DNA from: an uncultured Prochlorococcus sp.
GTDB lineage: Bacteria > Cyanobacteriota > Cyanobacteriia > PCC-6307 > Cyanobiaceae
Length of the DNA: 51,627 nucleotides
Reading direction: 5' to 3'
Assembly: GCA_902534685.1 (NCBI GenBank)
Contig: CACAQP010000001.1
Coordinates: 1 to 51,627 of the forward strand
A program made the translations under genes and the position numbers. Of the stretch, positions 20,649 to 32,218 are shown one piece after another; within the stretch, counting starts at the first letter, position 1, and the number at the start of each line of letters is the position of its first letter. The notes under the pieces were generated by a model, which was not told the origin of the DNA, did no database searches, and was given only the letters and a program-made list of their open reading frames with translations.

Positions 20649-21875
20649 ATGGACTTTCAACAAGGGTTAATCACAACAATACATGAATATGGAGTTACAA
20701 GAAATTTACTTAATGAATTGAACAAAAGTCTAAAAAAAAGATCAACTAGCATTTTAATACCTTGCTTATATGAAGAGTTTGAGCGTCCAGCATTAAAAGA
20801 CATAAGAAAAGTTTTAAAAGACCTTACTGGCTTAAATGAATTAGTTATTGCTCTCTCCGCAAAAACTGTTGATCAAGTTAAAGCGGCAAAATCATTTTTT
20901 GACTCAATGCCATTTCCAGTTCACGTTCAATGGACTAATTCTCCCTCTGTAATAGAACTATTAAAGAGCCAAGAAAAAAATGGCTTAGAACTTTTAGGAA
21001 CTCCAGGTAAAGGATGGGCCGTCTGGCAAGGCATAGGAGTTGCAACGAGAAAATCAGAAGTTGTTGCTCTTTTTGATGCTGATATAAGAACGTTTAGTCC
21101 TTTGTATCCTTCAAGAATGATACTTCCACTTCTGGATGAATCGTATGGAATATCATATGTAAAGGCTTTTTACAGCAGGTTATCCTTAGAGACCAAACAA
21201 TTGCAAGGTAGAGCAACAAGATTATTTGTAGGTCCTTTATTGGCAAGTCTTGAGCAATTAGTAGGGAAGGGTCCCTTTTTACAATATCTTCAATCATTTA
21301 GATATCCATTAGCAGGCGAGTTTGCTTTCACTAAAGACCTTGCTATGAATTTACGAATTCCTTGTGACTGGGGTTTAGAGATAGGTTTATTATCAGAGGT
21401 CTATAGAAACGTAAGAACCTCTAAAATAGCCCAAGTTGACCTAGGGTTGTTTGATCATAAACATAAGAATATTGGTGATTCATCTAAAGAAGGATTGCAA
21501 AAAATGTGTACAGAAATACTTTCAAGTGTTTTGAGAGGTCTCATGGAGCATCAAGCAGAGACTTTAACAAGTACTCAACTAGCAACCCTGGAAGTTCTTT
21601 ATAAAAGAGTTGGCGAAGATAGAGTAAAACAATTTGGATTAGATTCTGCTGTTAATCAACTACCATACGATAGGCATGAAGAAGAGTTATCAGTACAAAA
21701 ATTTGCTAAACTATTAAGACCAGCTACTGAAGAATACCTAGCTTGCCCTACGACCCAGCAATTACCAAGTTGGTCAAGAGTTCTATCTTGTGAGAACAAA
21801 CTGCAAGAAGATTTAGCAATTGCTGGGTCACAAGATATAAAGACAACTGAAAAAGAATTAATTAAAAACTTCTAA
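20649..21875 (+). CDS. gpgS: Glucosyl-3-phosphoglycerate synthase
   Basis: GKGWAVW, DAD motif, [30 protein letters not shown]. Confidence 0.88.
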   Translation: MDFQQGLITTIHEYGVTRNLLNELNKSLKKRSTSILIPCLYEEFERPALKDIRKVLKDLTGLNELVIALSAKTVDQVKAAKSFFDSMPFPVHVQWTNSPSVIELLKSQEKNGLELLGTPGKGWAVWQGIGVATRKSEVVALFDADIRTFSPLYPSRMILPLLDESYGISYVKAFYSRLSLETKQLQGRATRLFVGPLLASLEQLVGKGPFLQYLQSFRYPLAGEFAFTKDLAMNLRIPCDWGLEIGLLSEVYRNVRTSKIAQVDLGLFDHKHKNIGDSSKEGLQKMCTEILSSVLRGLMEHQAETLTSTQLATLEVLYKRVGEDRVKQFGLDSAVNQLPYDRHEEELSVQKFAKLLRPATEEYLACPTTQQLPSWSRVLSCENKLQEDLAIAGSQDIKTTEKELIKNF

Positions 21876-23581
21876 AGTAAAAAATACCTTTGAGCCATTG
21901 GGACTTCATCAAGAGGTTCACAAGTAAGAAGTTCTCCATCAGAAAAAACTTCATAAGTTTGAGGATCAACTGAAATATTTGGTAGTTTACTATTAAGTTT
22001 TAAGTTTGATTTATTGATATTTCTAGTATTTTCTATGGCAATACATTTCTTTTGTAAGCCTAATTTACTTGGAATATTTTGCTCAATTGAATTTTTACTT
22101 AAAAAGGTAAAAGAACTCTTAATTAGAGATCTGCCGAAACTTGCAAACATAGGTCGACCATGTACAGGACCTGGAGTAGGAATTGAAGCATTTGCATCAC
22201 CCATTTGGGACCAAACTATAGATCCTCCTTTAACAACTAATTCGGGCTTTACCGCAAAAAAGGAAGGCTTCCACAATACCAAATCTGCAATTTTACCCTT
22301 TTCTATAGACCCAACATGATTATCAATACCATGAGCAATTGCAGGATTAATTGTGACTTTAGAAATATATCTCTTTACTCTGTAATTATCGTTTCTATCA
22401 GAATCCTGCGATAGCGGCCCCCTTTGGACTTTCATTTTATGAGCGGTTTGAAAAGTTCTTGTAATTACTTCACCAACTCTTCCCATAGCTTGAGAATCAC
22501 TAGCAATAATTGAAAATGCACCTATATCATGCAAGATATCCTCAGCAGCAATAGTCTCTCTTCTGATCCTTGATTCAGCAAATGCAATATCTTCTGGAAT
22601 TTTAGAATCTAAATGATGACAAACCATTAACATGTCAAGATGTTCTTCTAATGTGTTCCTCGTATAGGGTCTTGTGGGATTAGTACTACTAGGAAGAACA
22701 TTTTTTTCTCCACAAATTTTTATGATGTCTGGCGCATGACCCCCACCTGCTCCTTCGGTATGAAAAGTATGAATAGTTCTTCCTGCAATAGCTTTGATGG
22801 TGTCTTCAACAAAGCCTGCCTCATTCAAAGTATCAGTATGAATACATACTTGTACGTCAAACTTATCTGCAACATTAAGACAAGAATTTATTGTAGAGGG
22901 AGTGGTTCCCCAATCCTCATGAAGCTTCAATCCACATGCACCAGCTTCAACCTGATCAATAAGATTGCTCTCATTTGTTGAATTTCCTTTTCCAAAAAAA
23001 CCCAAATTCATGGGAAATGCTTCTGCAGATTGAAGCATTCTTGAAATATGAAAAGAACCCGGAGTACAAGTAGTGGCATTTGTGCCAGTTGCAGGTCCAG
23101 TTCCTCCTCCCAACATGGTTGTAATTCCGGAGGCTAGTGCTGTCTCAATTTGTTGGGGACAGATAAAGTGAATATGGGTATCTATTGAACCTGCAGTAAG
23201 GATATGGCCTTCTCCAGCAATTACTTCTGTTGATGCACCAATAACAATATCAACATTATCCTGGATATCAGGATTACCAGCCTTACCAATTTCAAAAATC
23301 AATCCATCTTTTATACCCACATCAGCCTTAATTATTCCCCACCAATCTACGATCAAAGCATTAGTTATTACGGTATCTACAGCTCCATCAGCTCTTGTTA
23401 GCTGAGACTGTCCCATCCCATCACGAATAACTTTACCTCCACCGAATTTAACTTCATCTCCGTATGTAGTTAAATCATTTTCTACTTCTATAAAAAGTTC
23501 TGTATCAGCAAGCCTTACTCTATCTCCGGTAGTTGGTCCGTAAGTTTGCACATAAGTATTTCTGTCAATTTTATAAGACAT
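21872..23581 (-). CDS. ureC: Urease alpha subunit
   Basis: Ni ligands [44 protein letters not shown]. Confidence 0.99.
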   Translation of the reverse strand: MSYKIDRNTYVQTYGPTTGDRVRLADTELFIEVENDLTTYGDEVKFGGGKVIRDGMGQSQLTRADGAVDTVITNALIVDWWGIIKADVGIKDGLIFEIGKAGNPDIQDNVDIVIGASTEVIAGEGHILTAGSIDTHIHFICPQQIETALASGITTMLGGGTGPATGTNATTCTPGSFHISRMLQSAEAFPMNLGFFGKGNSTNESNLIDQVEAGACGLKLHEDWGTTPSTINSCLNVADKFDVQVCIHTDTLNEAGFVEDTIKAIAGRTIHTFHTEGAGGGHAPDIIKICGEKNVLPSSTNPTRPYTRNTLEEHLDMLMVCHHLDSKIPEDIAFAESRIRRETIAAEDILHDIGAFSIIASDSQAMGRVGEVITRTFQTAHKMKVQRGPLSQDSDRNDNYRVKRYISKVTINPAIAHGIDNHVGSIEKGKIADLVLWKPSFFAVKPELVVKGGSIVWSQMGDANASIPTPGPVHGRPMFASFGRSLIKSSFTFLSKNSIEQNIPSKLGLQKKCIAIENTRNINKSNLKLNSKLPNISVDPQTYEVFSDGELLTCEPLDEVPMAQRYFLL

Positions 23582-23585
23582 AATT

Positions 23586-23906
23586 TTAAGTATCCAAAGA
23601 ACCGTTAACTAATGAATTAAAACCACTTGCAATTCTTAAACCTGTATATGGTACTAATTTGACATCAGTTGTATCTCCAGGTTCAAATCTAATTGCCGTT
23701 CCTGCAGGAATATCGAGACGCATACCAAGTGTTATTTCTCGGTCAAAAATTAAAGCCTTATTAGCTTCAAAAAAATGATAATGAGATCCAATTTGCACAG
23801 GTCTATCTCCGGAATTAGAAACCTTTACTGTTTTAACTTCCTTACCAAGATTTAATTCGATTTCACCTTGTTCAGGAATTATTTCGCCAGGAATTAAATT
23901 ACTCAT
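23586..23906 (-). CDS. ureB: Urease beta subunit
   Basis: [28 protein letters not shown]. Confidence 0.98.
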   Translation of the reverse strand: MSNLIPGEIIPEQGEIELNLGKEVKTVKVSNSGDRPVQIGSHYHFFEANKALIFDREITLGMRLDIPAGTAIRFEPGDTTDVKLVPYTGLRIASGFNSLVNGSLDT

Positions 23907-23908
23907 AA

Positions 23909-24211
23909 CTAGTTAATCGGATTGTGAATAGTAACTAACTTTGTTCCATCAGGGAAAACTGCTTCTATTTGGACTTCGTCAACCATTTCAGGAATGCCCT
24001 CCATAACTTGTGATTTTGAAAGCCAGGAAGTTCCCTCTGACATTAATTGACTAACATTTTTTCCATCTCGAGCTCCTTCTAAAACCTGAAAACTCAAAAA
24101 AGCAATAGTTTCAGGATAATTAAGCTTAAGACCTCGACTAAGCCTTCTTTCAGCTAAGAGCGCAGCAGAAAAAATCAATAATTTATCCTTTTCTTGAGGT
24201 GAAAGATGCAT
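23909..24211 (-). CDS. ureA: Urease gamma subunit
   Basis: [33 protein letters not shown]. Confidence 0.98.
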   Translation of the reverse strand: MHLSPQEKDKLLIFSAALLAERRLSRGLKLNYPETIAFLSFQVLEGARDGKNVSQLMSEGTSWLSKSQVMEGIPEMVDEVQIEAVFPDGTKLVTIHNPIN

Positions 24212-24261
24212 AATAAAAAATTAATCTATAAATTCTTAAAAAAGGTTCTTTATGAACATAA

Positions 24262-25164
24262 TTAATAATTCATAGAATCTTGTAAAGGCCATACACCTTG
24301 ATATTTTGGCTCACAAAACCTACAAATAGACCTAATTTGTTTCCAAATACTAAAAAAGCATTTCCTAGCATCTTGAGAAGAACTTCCTAAGAATCTTACA
24401 GAGATTCCATTCTCAAGAATTCCAATTGATAAATGATCATCACATTCACTGAAAATCTTTTTTATATTTTCCACTAAATTATCTATTTTTGATTTGGGAA
24501 AATCTTTTTCACAAATCCATATTAAGGATCCAAAAACAGGCATGTAATCCATCCCTGACTTTGCCTCGTAACTTTCTTTAGATAATTCAATTTTATCAAC
24601 ATATTCCCAATCATCATATAAATCATTATTTCTCATTATTTCTAATTTGGACCTAAAAACTCCACTTTCTATAGATTCTCCAGAAGAAGATCTTCCAAGT
24701 CTTATTAAATCCGTAAATAAAAAACTTGAAGTTTCAGAAATAGATACTTTAAACTTTTGATCGTACAAACCATTTGCGAAGATAATAGTTTCTTGGGGCA
24801 AAAATTCCAAATGAGAATTATCAAGAATGTTTATGAGATTTCTTTGCTTTGAATAACTTCCTTTTGGATTAATTTTAGACCTTCCAATAGATCCATATAC
24901 TTTCTGAGCTGAAGAGGTTGTCAACAAAACCTTAGAATTTTTTTCAAGATTTACTTCAAACTCAAGTAAATCTCCTCCAACCAATCCCCCTGCTGTATGA
25001 AGAACAGGTAAGATGCACCTGCCCTCCTTATCATAAGTAGACTTTAATAATTTATAGGGAGAAGTTGTTTTAGATTTAAAGATTGTTTTATCAACATTTC
25101 CTAAACTTGCTTTATTATTGAAAAAATTTAAGAAACAATTACCTTCCCATGAAGTTTTAATCAT
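24262..25164 (-). CDS. ureD: Urease accessory protein UreD
   Basis: [28 protein letters not shown]. Confidence 0.93.
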   Translation of the reverse strand: MIKTSWEGNCFLNFFNNKASLGNVDKTIFKSKTTSPYKLLKSTYDKEGRCILPVLHTAGGLVGGDLLEFEVNLEKNSKVLLTTSSAQKVYGSIGRSKINPKGSYSKQRNLINILDNSHLEFLPQETIIFANGLYDQKFKVSISETSSFLFTDLIRLGRSSSGESIESGVFRSKLEIMRNNDLYDDWEYVDKIELSKESYEAKSGMDYMPVFGSLIWICEKDFPKSKIDNLVENIKKIFSECDDHLSIGILENGISVRFLGSSSQDARKCFFSIWKQIRSICRFCEPKYQGVWPLQDSMNY

Positions 25165-25206
25165 AAATTGTTTTCTTTAATTACTAAATTAAAGTAGCTA
25201 AAAATT

Positions 25207-25662
25207 TTGATTATGATAATGAATAAACAAATTGTTGTAACTGATTGGATTAAGGAAAAACCACAATTAGGTTCTTTTTTAAAACTAACTTTAAGTTCAG
25301 ATGAAAGAAGAATCCTGCGAGGTAAAAGATTAACTGATTGTGATCAAGAAATAATTTTACTATTACCTAGAAAAGGCAAATTAAATGATGGAGATATTCT
25401 TTTAACTAATGAGTCCAATTTTTATGTAGAAATAATTGCCAAAAAAGAAAACTTAATTGAAATAAGTTCAAATTCTAAAATTGAACTTATTAGAATTGCA
25501 TATCATCTAGGGAATAGGCACGTAGAAGTTGAAATTAAAGAAGACACTATTTTAACAAAAGATGATTACGTAATTGAGAATATGCTAAAAAATTTTAATG
25601 TTGATATCGTGAATACCCAAAAAAAATTTTTTCCAGAAAGAGGTGCCCACAGTCATGAGTAA
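25207..25662 (+). CDS. ureE: Urease accessory protein UreE
   Basis: AYHLGNRH and FFPERGAHSH; real start probably ATG 25213 or 25219. Confidence 0.93.
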   Translation: MIMIMNKQIVVTDWIKEKPQLGSFLKLTLSSDERRILRGKRLTDCDQEIILLLPRKGKLNDGDILLTNESNFYVEIIAKKENLIEISSNSKIELIRIAYHLGNRHVEVEIKEDTILTKDDYVIENMLKNFNVDIVNTQKKFFPERGAHSHE

Positions 25663-26341
25663 AAGTCACTTATTAAAGTATTTATTAATAAGCCCTAACT
25701 TACCAGTTGGAGGATTTTGCTATTCCGAGGGATTGGAGAGCTACTTAAATAATAAAGATTTGAAAGACTCAAATTCGGTAAAAGAATTAATCATAAGTGA
25801 ACTAAAAAATGGTCAGATTAGACTAGATGCAAAATTATTATTAGATTTTTTTGATATTTTCAATGAGTTAAACCAAGGAAAAAATTTAAAAAGTAATTTG
25901 CATAAGCTAAAGAGTTTGGATAAATGGATCCTCTCATCAAAAGACTCTATAAAGATGAGAGAACAACAAATTCAGATGGCAAAATCTCTCTTTGATTTAA
26001 ACAAAGAATTTGGATTTGAATATCCACATAAAAAAAATAAAAAAAACTCATGGCCTTTAGCGTGGAGTTGGGCTTGTTATTGTTTTGAAATTACGAAGTT
26101 GGAAATGGTTGAGAATTTTTTCTATTCGTGGAGTGCAAACCAACTTAGTGCAGCATTAAGGATTATTCCTATTGGTTCAACAAAAGCACAACTAATTCAG
26201 AGAGATTTATTAGTAATAATTTCAAAAGTTTCTAAAGAAATTATGGACAAAGAAATTGATGACATCTATTTTGGCAATGTAGGTTTAGCTATGGCACAAC
26301 AAAATCATGATGACCTATATACAAAACTTTTTAGAAATTAA
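25655..26341 (+). CDS. ureF: Urease accessory protein UreF
   Basis: SPNLPVGGFCYSEGLE, ALRIIPIG...AQ, HDDLYTKLFRN; ATG at 25655. Confidence 0.93.
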   Translation: MSKSHLLKYLLISPNLPVGGFCYSEGLESYLNNKDLKDSNSVKELIISELKNGQIRLDAKLLLDFFDIFNELNQGKNLKSNLHKLKSLDKWILSSKDSIKMREQQIQMAKSLFDLNKEFGFEYPHKKNKKNSWPLAWSWACYCFEITKLEMVENFFYSWSANQLSAALRIIPIGSTKAQLIQRDLLVIISKVSKEIMDKEIDDIYFGNVGLAMAQQNHDDLYTKLFRN

Positions 26342-26344
26342 TAC

Positions 26345-26956
26345 ATGAGCAGCAAATTGAGAGTAGGAGTTGCTGGCCCTGTCGGTTCAGGAAAAACTGC
26401 ATTAGTAGAGACTCTATGTTTAAGCATGAAACATAATTATGAGATAGCAGTTGTCACTAATGATATCTACACCAAAGAAGATGCTACCTTTCTAATAAAT
26501 AAAAAAGTTTTGGAGGAAGGAAGGATTATTGGCGTGGAAACAGGAGGTTGTCCCCATACAGCGATAAGAGAGGATTGTTCGCTAAATAAAAATGCAGTTT
26601 TAGATTTAGAAAATAAATATAATCCTTTAGATTTTGTTTTTGTAGAAAGTGGAGGTGACAATTTAGCATCTAGTTTTAGTCCAGAACTTGTAGATCTATC
26701 AATATATGTGATTGATGTATCAGCAGGAGACAAAATCCCAAGAAAAGGGGGACCAGGAATAACAAGGTCAGATTTATTACTGATAAACAAAATTGACTTA
26801 GCAGATATGGTTGGTGCAGATTTAAATATTATGAAAAGTGATACGGAATTTATGAGAAAAGGGAAACCCTGGTTTTTTACTAACCTTTGTAGCGGCAAAG
26901 GTGTTGAAGAAATAATTCATTTTTTAGAATCACATATACCAAACAATCAAAACTAG
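26345..26956 (+). CDS. ureG: Urease accessory GTPase UreG
   Basis: [30 protein letters not shown]. Confidence 0.98.
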   Translation: MSSKLRVGVAGPVGSGKTALVETLCLSMKHNYEIAVVTNDIYTKEDATFLINKKVLEEGRIIGVETGGCPHTAIREDCSLNKNAVLDLENKYNPLDFVFVESGGDNLASSFSPELVDLSIYVIDVSAGDKIPRKGGPGITRSDLLLINKIDLADMVGADLNIMKSDTEFMRKGKPWFFTNLCSGKGVEEIIHFLESHIPNNQN

Positions 26957-26995
26957 AAAGAAGTTCACTTCTAAATATATTGGATTCAACAAAAA

Positions 26996-27037
26996 GTTAC
27001 GACTGATACAAAACGAATCCTCACTCGTTAATAACTT
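26996..27037 (+). promoter_or_regulatory. NtcA-activated promoter of urtA
   Basis: GTT-ACGACTGA-TAC (26996-27009; one mismatch to GTA-N8-TAC), then exactly 22 nt, then TAACTT (TA-N3-T, 27032-27037). Confidence 0.75.
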
Positions 27038-27085
27038 TTACTTTATCCCCCTAATGAGGGTCAATTACCTAATTTATCCTAATTC

Positions 27086-28363
27086 ATGAGAATTTCAAGG
27101 CGTATTTTGGCAGGATTAGCTACTGCCTCACTTGCGGTCACAGCAACTTCATGCGGTGGAGGTGGAACTTCCGGAAGTTTCGACGACACAGTAACCGTTG
27201 GCATTTTGCATTCGTTATCTGGAACAATGGCAATTTCTGAATCAACCCTTGTTGATACTGAAAAAATGGCTATTGAAGAGATAAATGCTGCTGGTGGTGT
27301 AACAGTTGGCGGTAAAAGCTACAAAATAGAATACATAGTTGAAGACGGTGCATCTGATTGGCCTACTTTTGCTGAAAAATCTAAGAAACTTATAGACCAA
27401 GACGGAGTGCCTGTCGTATTTGGTGGTTGGACATCTGCAAGTAGAAAAGCAATGTTACCAGTCTACGAATCAAAGGATGCTTTCCTTTACTACCCAATTC
27501 AATACGAAGCTCAAGAATGTTCTAACAACATTTTCTATACAGGAGCCACACCAAACCAACAGTCAGAACCTGCTACAGATTTCATGTATAAGCGTTCTCC
27601 CGCAGCTGGTGGAGATTTCTTCCTTGTAGGTTCTGATTATGTTTTCCCAAGAACTTCCAACACAATCACAAAAGCTCAGGTAAAACAGTTAGGAGGTAAA
27701 GTTGTTGGAGAAGATTACCTTCCATTAGGGAACACTGAAGTTGCTCCAATTATCTCAAAAATCAAAAAGGCACTTCCTGAAGGTGGAATAATCATTAACA
27801 CACTTAATGGTGACCAAAACGTTGCATTCTTCAAACAGATTCAAGACGCGGGTATCACTCCTTCTAGTGGCTACTACGTAATGAACTATTCAATTGCTGA
27901 AGAAGAGATTAGTACAATTGGTCCCGAGTTCCTTGAAGGTCACTACGGTGCTTGGAACTACATGATGTCAATTGATACTCCTGCATCTAAGAAATTTGCT
28001 GCAAGTTTCAAGAAAAGATGGGGATCAGATCGTGTTGTAGCTGATCCACAAGAATCTGCTTACAACATGGTTTACTTATGGAAACAAGCGGTTGAAGATG
28101 CTGGAACATTCGACGACAACGCTGTAAGGGAAGCCCTAGTTGGACAAACTTTTGATGCCCCACAAGGTCCTGTTGAAGTTATGCCTAATCACCACTTATC
28201 TCAAACAGTAAGAATTGGAGAGATTAATGCAGAGGGTGGATTTACAATTCTTGAAGAGACAGGAGTTGTTCTTCCTCAAGCATGGAACCAAAAGCATCCA
28301 AGTTCAAAAGGATTTGCATGCGATTGGACAGATCCTTCAAAAGGAGAAAAGTATAAGCTTTAA
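27086..28363 (+). CDS. urtA: Urea ABC transporter substrate-binding lipoprotein
   Basis: Lipoprotein Cys (ATSC), GILHSLSGTMAISE, DGASDW, GGWTSASRK, YPIQYE. Confidence 0.97.
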   Translation: MRISRRILAGLATASLAVTATSCGGGGTSGSFDDTVTVGILHSLSGTMAISESTLVDTEKMAIEEINAAGGVTVGGKSYKIEYIVEDGASDWPTFAEKSKKLIDQDGVPVVFGGWTSASRKAMLPVYESKDAFLYYPIQYEAQECSNNIFYTGATPNQQSEPATDFMYKRSPAAGGDFFLVGSDYVFPRTSNTITKAQVKQLGGKVVGEDYLPLGNTEVAPIISKIKKALPEGGIIINTLNGDQNVAFFKQIQDAGITPSSGYYVMNYSIAEEEISTIGPEFLEGHYGAWNYMMSIDTPASKKFAASFKKRWGSDRVVADPQESAYNMVYLWKQAVEDAGTFDDNAVREALVGQTFDAPQGPVEVMPNHHLSQTVRIGEINAEGGFTILEETGVVLPQAWNQKHPSSKGFACDWTDPSKGEKYKL

Positions 28364-28393
28364 TTTCAATTAAAACCTATACTTCAAAATAAT

Positions 28394-28420
28394 AAGGAGG
28401 TTAACACCTCCTTTTATTTT
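28394..28420 (+). terminator. Stem-loop/intrinsic terminator between urtA and urtB
   Basis: AAGGAGGT-taac-ACCTCCTT followed by TTATTTT. Confidence 0.75.
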
Positions 28421-28447
28421 ATATAATCAAATATTTTTTTTTCTAAA

Positions 28448-29602
28448 TTGGAGTTACTTCTCGATAGTCTTTTTAACGGTGTTGCAATCGGATCTGTACT
28501 ACTTGTTGCTGCATTGGGTCTAGCAATTGTTTTTGGTCTTATGGGTGTAATAAATCTTGCCCATGGAGAACTTATGATGCTTGGGGCTTACACAACATAC
28601 GTAACACAATTAATTTTCAAATTACCTTTATTAAAACCTTTCTACAATTCGTACATAATAGTTTCTATTTTCCTTGCTTTTATTGTTAGTGGGGTAGTAG
28701 GCATTCTCCTGGAAAAAACCATAATAAGAAAGCTTTATGGAAGTCCATTAGAAACACTTCTTGCAACTTGGGGCGTAAGCTTAATTCTTCAACAATTTGT
28801 CAGAAGTGTACCTTTAGCTTATGGGACCGGTCTGGTTATAAGTCTAATAATTGGTTTATTCTTACCAGCAACATTCCCTTCAAAAATAAAAGAATCAATA
28901 AATTTCAAATATTTTAAATTTAGTTCTTGGATATTGGCCGCTTTAACTGGGGTCCTGACAGGAAGCATAATCTCATCCTCTGTCAGCAAACTTAGTAGAG
29001 CAAGCGCTAGAAATGTTGATGTAACTGCACCCTCATGGATGAGAGGTCAAGTAGAAATTATTGGCACTGCATTTCCTAAAACAAGATTAATGATAATTGT
29101 CATTACTCTAATCTCTGTAATAGCTATAACATTATTTCTTAATCAAAGTGCTTGGGGGATGCGTATAAGAGCAGTTACTCAGAACCGACAAATGAGTGAT
29201 TGTCTTGGTATATCTACTGAAAAAGTGGATATAATTACTTTTGGAATTGGATCTGGCTTAGCAGGAGTTGCCGGGGTTGCAGTATCTCTTTTAGGTTCTG
29301 TAGGACCAAATGTTGGCGGAAACTATATTGTTGGTTGTTTTATGGTTGTAGTGCTGGGAGGAGTAGGAAATTTATTAGGAACAGTACTTGCTTCATTTGG
29401 AATAGGAATAATGACTGATTTGATTGGAGCTGGAAGGCTCTTATCAATATGGCCAGACATGCCTACACCTTTATCAAACACAATCAACTTTTTTGCGACC
29501 ACAAGTATGGCAAGAGTAATGATATTTGCACTAATTGTTATATTCTTACAATTTAAACCTACAGGTTTATTTCCTCAAAAAGGAAGGATGGTTGAAAACT
29601 AA
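28448..29602 (+). CDS. urtB: Urea ABC transporter permease
   Basis: ALGLAIVFGLMGVINLAHGE, PLETLLATWG. Confidence 0.95.
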   Translation: MELLLDSLFNGVAIGSVLLVAALGLAIVFGLMGVINLAHGELMMLGAYTTYVTQLIFKLPLLKPFYNSYIIVSIFLAFIVSGVVGILLEKTIIRKLYGSPLETLLATWGVSLILQQFVRSVPLAYGTGLVISLIIGLFLPATFPSKIKESINFKYFKFSSWILAALTGVLTGSIISSSVSKLSRASARNVDVTAPSWMRGQVEIIGTAFPKTRLMIIVITLISVIAITLFLNQSAWGMRIRAVTQNRQMSDCLGISTEKVDIITFGIGSGLAGVAGVAVSLLGSVGPNVGGNYIVGCFMVVVLGGVGNLLGTVLASFGIGIMTDLIGAGRLLSIWPDMPTPLSNTINFFATTSMARVMIFALIVIFLQFKPTGLFPQKGRMVEN

Positions 29603-30732
29603 TGTCCTTAAGTAAAATTAAATTTGATAAGAAAATAGTATTATCATTTTGGATAATATTAATAGCCTTAATTATTGCAGCACCAACTCTACTCCCTGTA
29701 TTTAGACTAAACCTTCTTGGTAGATACTTATCTTTATCCATAGTTGCACTAGGGGTTGATCTTATCTGGGGATATACAGGTTTACTAAGTCTTGGACAAG
29801 GTATATTTTTTGCACTAGGTGGATATTGTGCAGCAATGTATTTGCAAATAACCAGCTCCTCTGAATTTCCAAATAATATTCCTGAATTTTTTGCTTTATA
29901 TGGTGTAGAAAAATTACCTTTTTTCTGGGAACCGTTTAGATCGCCTGTTTTTACCTTCTTCGCAATCTGGATAATTCCAGCATTGGTTGCTGGTTTAATT
30001 GGATTTCTTGTTTTCAGGAATAGAATCAAAGGGGTTTATTTTTCTATACTTACTCAAGCTTCTCTTCTTGTATTCTTTAACTTCTTTAATGGACAACAAA
30101 AACTTATAAATGGAACAAATGGATTAAAAACAGATGTAACACAACTATTTGGTCAGATGGTAGGTTCTGAGTCCATGCAAAGAATATTCTTTTGGATAAC
30201 CGCCATACTAGTAATAGCAGCATGGTTTTTTGCAAAGTGGGTAGTTAAAGGAAGATTTGGAAATATTCTTATAGGAATACGAGATGATGAACCAAGAGTT
30301 AGGTTTACAGGATATAACCCAGTTATATTCAAGACGATAATATTTTCTATTGCTGGAGGACTCGCTGGAATTTCGGGAGCTTTATATACTGTTCAGTCTG
30401 GAATAGTATCACCTCAATTTATGACAGTTCCCTTTTCTATAGAAATGGTTATATGGGTTGCTGTTGGAGGTAGAGGAACTTTATTGGGAGCAATACTAGG
30501 AGCAGTTTTCATCAACTATGCGAAAAGTCTAGTAAGTGAAGCTTTACCAGCTAGCTGGATGTTTATCCAAGGAGGATTATTTATCTTAGTTGTAACAGCT
30601 CTGCCAGAGGGAGTTTTAGGATGGATTCAAGGAGATGGTCCTAGGAATCTTCTTCAAAGATTTGGTTTGAAAAGGAAGATTGAAACCTATCCAAGCTTAG
30701 AAGTTAACAATAAGGAGGGGGATAATGAATAA
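29602..30732 (+). CDS. urtC: Urea ABC transporter permease
   Basis: DLIWGYTGLLSLGQG, GVYFSILTQA, IRDDEPRVRFTGY. Confidence 0.95.
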   Translation: MSLSKIKFDKKIVLSFWIILIALIIAAPTLLPVFRLNLLGRYLSLSIVALGVDLIWGYTGLLSLGQGIFFALGGYCAAMYLQITSSSEFPNNIPEFFALYGVEKLPFFWEPFRSPVFTFFAIWIIPALVAGLIGFLVFRNRIKGVYFSILTQASLLVFFNFFNGQQKLINGTNGLKTDVTQLFGQMVGSESMQRIFFWITAILVIAAWFFAKWVVKGRFGNILIGIRDDEPRVRFTGYNPVIFKTIIFSIAGGLAGISGALYTVQSGIVSPQFMTVPFSIEMVIWVAVGGRGTLLGAILGAVFINYAKSLVSEALPASWMFIQGGLFILVVTALPEGVLGWIQGDGPRNLLQRFGLKRKIETYPSLEVNNKEGDNE

Positions 30733-31474
30733 TACAAATCTTCTAAATTTAATAGATATTACTGTTAGTTTCGAGGGTTTTTTAGCTCTCAACAAACTTA
30801 ATTTAAATTTAAATAAAGGAGAATTAAGAGCTGTAATAGGACCCAACGGGGCAGGTAAAACAACATTTCTTGATGTAATAACTGGGAAGGTTAAGCCAAC
30901 AAAAGGTGAAGTAATTTTCAAAGGAAAATCTTTAGTAGGTAGAAAGGAGCATAAAATTGCTCGACTTGGAGTCGGAAGAAAGTTCCAAAGTCCAAGAATC
31001 TTTGAAAATCTAACAGTTAAAGAAAATCTTGAAATATCAGTGTCAACTCCTAAAAGCCCCTTAAACCTTATAAATAAAAGTATTAAGGATGAGCAGCTTA
31101 ATGAGATTGAACGTCTTATGAAGATTGTCAATTTAGCTCAAAAAGTTGATTCTAAAGCTGGTTCTTTATCTCATGGACAAAAACAATGGCTCGAGATAGC
31201 CATGTTAGTAGGACAGAAGCCAGATTTAATGTTAGTTGATGAACCTGTTGCTGGTTTAACTGATGAAGAAACTGATCTTACAGCTGATTTATTAAAATCA
31301 TTATCAGGAGAAAATACTGTAGTGGTAATAGATCACGATATGGAATTTATAAGAAGACTTGATAGTAATGTTTCAGTATTAAATCAAGGTACAGTATTAT
31401 GCGAGGGGACAATGGAAACTATACAAAAGGACCAAAAAGTTATTGATGTTTATCTAGGAAGGCCTGAGGATTAG
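30725..31474 (+). CDS. urtD: Urea ABC transporter ATP-binding protein
   Basis: GPNGAGKT, LSHGQKQWLEI, DEPVAG. Confidence 0.95.
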   Translation: MNNTNLLNLIDITVSFEGFLALNKLNLNLNKGELRAVIGPNGAGKTTFLDVITGKVKPTKGEVIFKGKSLVGRKEHKIARLGVGRKFQSPRIFENLTVKENLEISVSTPKSPLNLINKSIKDEQLNEIERLMKIVNLAQKVDSKAGSLSHGQKQWLEIAMLVGQKPDLMLVDEPVAGLTDEETDLTADLLKSLSGENTVVVIDHDMEFIRRLDSNVSVLNQGTVLCEGTMETIQKDQKVIDVYLGRPED

Positions 31475-31476
31475 TT

Positions 31477-32187
31477 ATGAAAAACTTACTGGAAATCAAA
31501 TCATTGAATACATATTATGGCGAAAGTCATATTCTCAGAGATGTAGATTTAAATGTTAAATCAGGGGAAATGGTTTGTTTGATTGGAAGAAATGGTGTAG
31601 GCAAAACAACTTTATTGAAATCACTTATTGGTTTGTTAAGACAAAAAAAAGGCGATATTTTTTTGATTGGCGAAAATATCAATAGAAAAGCACCTCATCA
31701 GAGGGCGAGAAAAGGAATGGCTTACGTTCCTCAAGGGAGAGAAATTATTCCATACCTATCAGTTGAAGAGAATCTTATGTTAGGAATGGAGTCGCTGCCA
31801 GGTGGATTATCTAAGAACAAGAAAATAGATCCATTAATTTATGATCTATTCCCAATTCTAAAAGAGTTTCTACAAAGGAAAGGAGGTGATCTAAGTGGTG
31901 GACAACAACAGCAACTAGCTATTGCAAGAGCATTGCTAGGCAAACCCCAACTACTATTACTTGACGAACCAACGGAAGGGATTCAGCCAAATATAGTTTT
32001 AGACATAGAAAATGCAATCAATCAGATAATTAGAGATACAGGAATTGGTGTTTTATTGGTAGAACAACACTTGCATTTTGTAAGACAAGCCAATAGATAT
32101 TATGCGATGCAACGCGGAGGTATTGTTGCAAGCGGAAATACAAGTGAGTTGAGTCAAGCAGTTATAGATAAGTTCTTAAGTGTTTAA
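31477..32187 (+). CDS. urtE: Urea ABC transporter ATP-binding protein
   Basis: GRNGVGKT, YVPQGRE, LSGGQQQQLAI, DEPTEGIQP. Confidence 0.95.
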   Translation: MKNLLEIKSLNTYYGESHILRDVDLNVKSGEMVCLIGRNGVGKTTLLKSLIGLLRQKKGDIFLIGENINRKAPHQRARKGMAYVPQGREIIPYLSVEENLMLGMESLPGGLSKNKKIDPLIYDLFPILKEFLQRKGGDLSGGQQQQLAIARALLGKPQLLLLDEPTEGIQPNIVLDIENAINQIIRDTGIGVLLVEQHLHFVRQANRYYAMQRGGIVASGNTSELSQAVIDKFLSV

Positions 32188-32218
32188 ATAAATTATCCAG
32201 ATTACTCAAAACTTTTAT

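Noticed and set aside
24281-24295. TGTA-AAGGCCA-TACA upstream of ureA as an NtcA site
   Set aside because: The spacer is 7 nt rather than 8 and it lies within ureD coding sequence. It is possible but unsupported.
27086-28363. Higher GC and C-ending codons in urtA as a sign of horizontal transfer
   Set aside because: Better explained by codon optimisation of a highly expressed gene in a standard urt operon.
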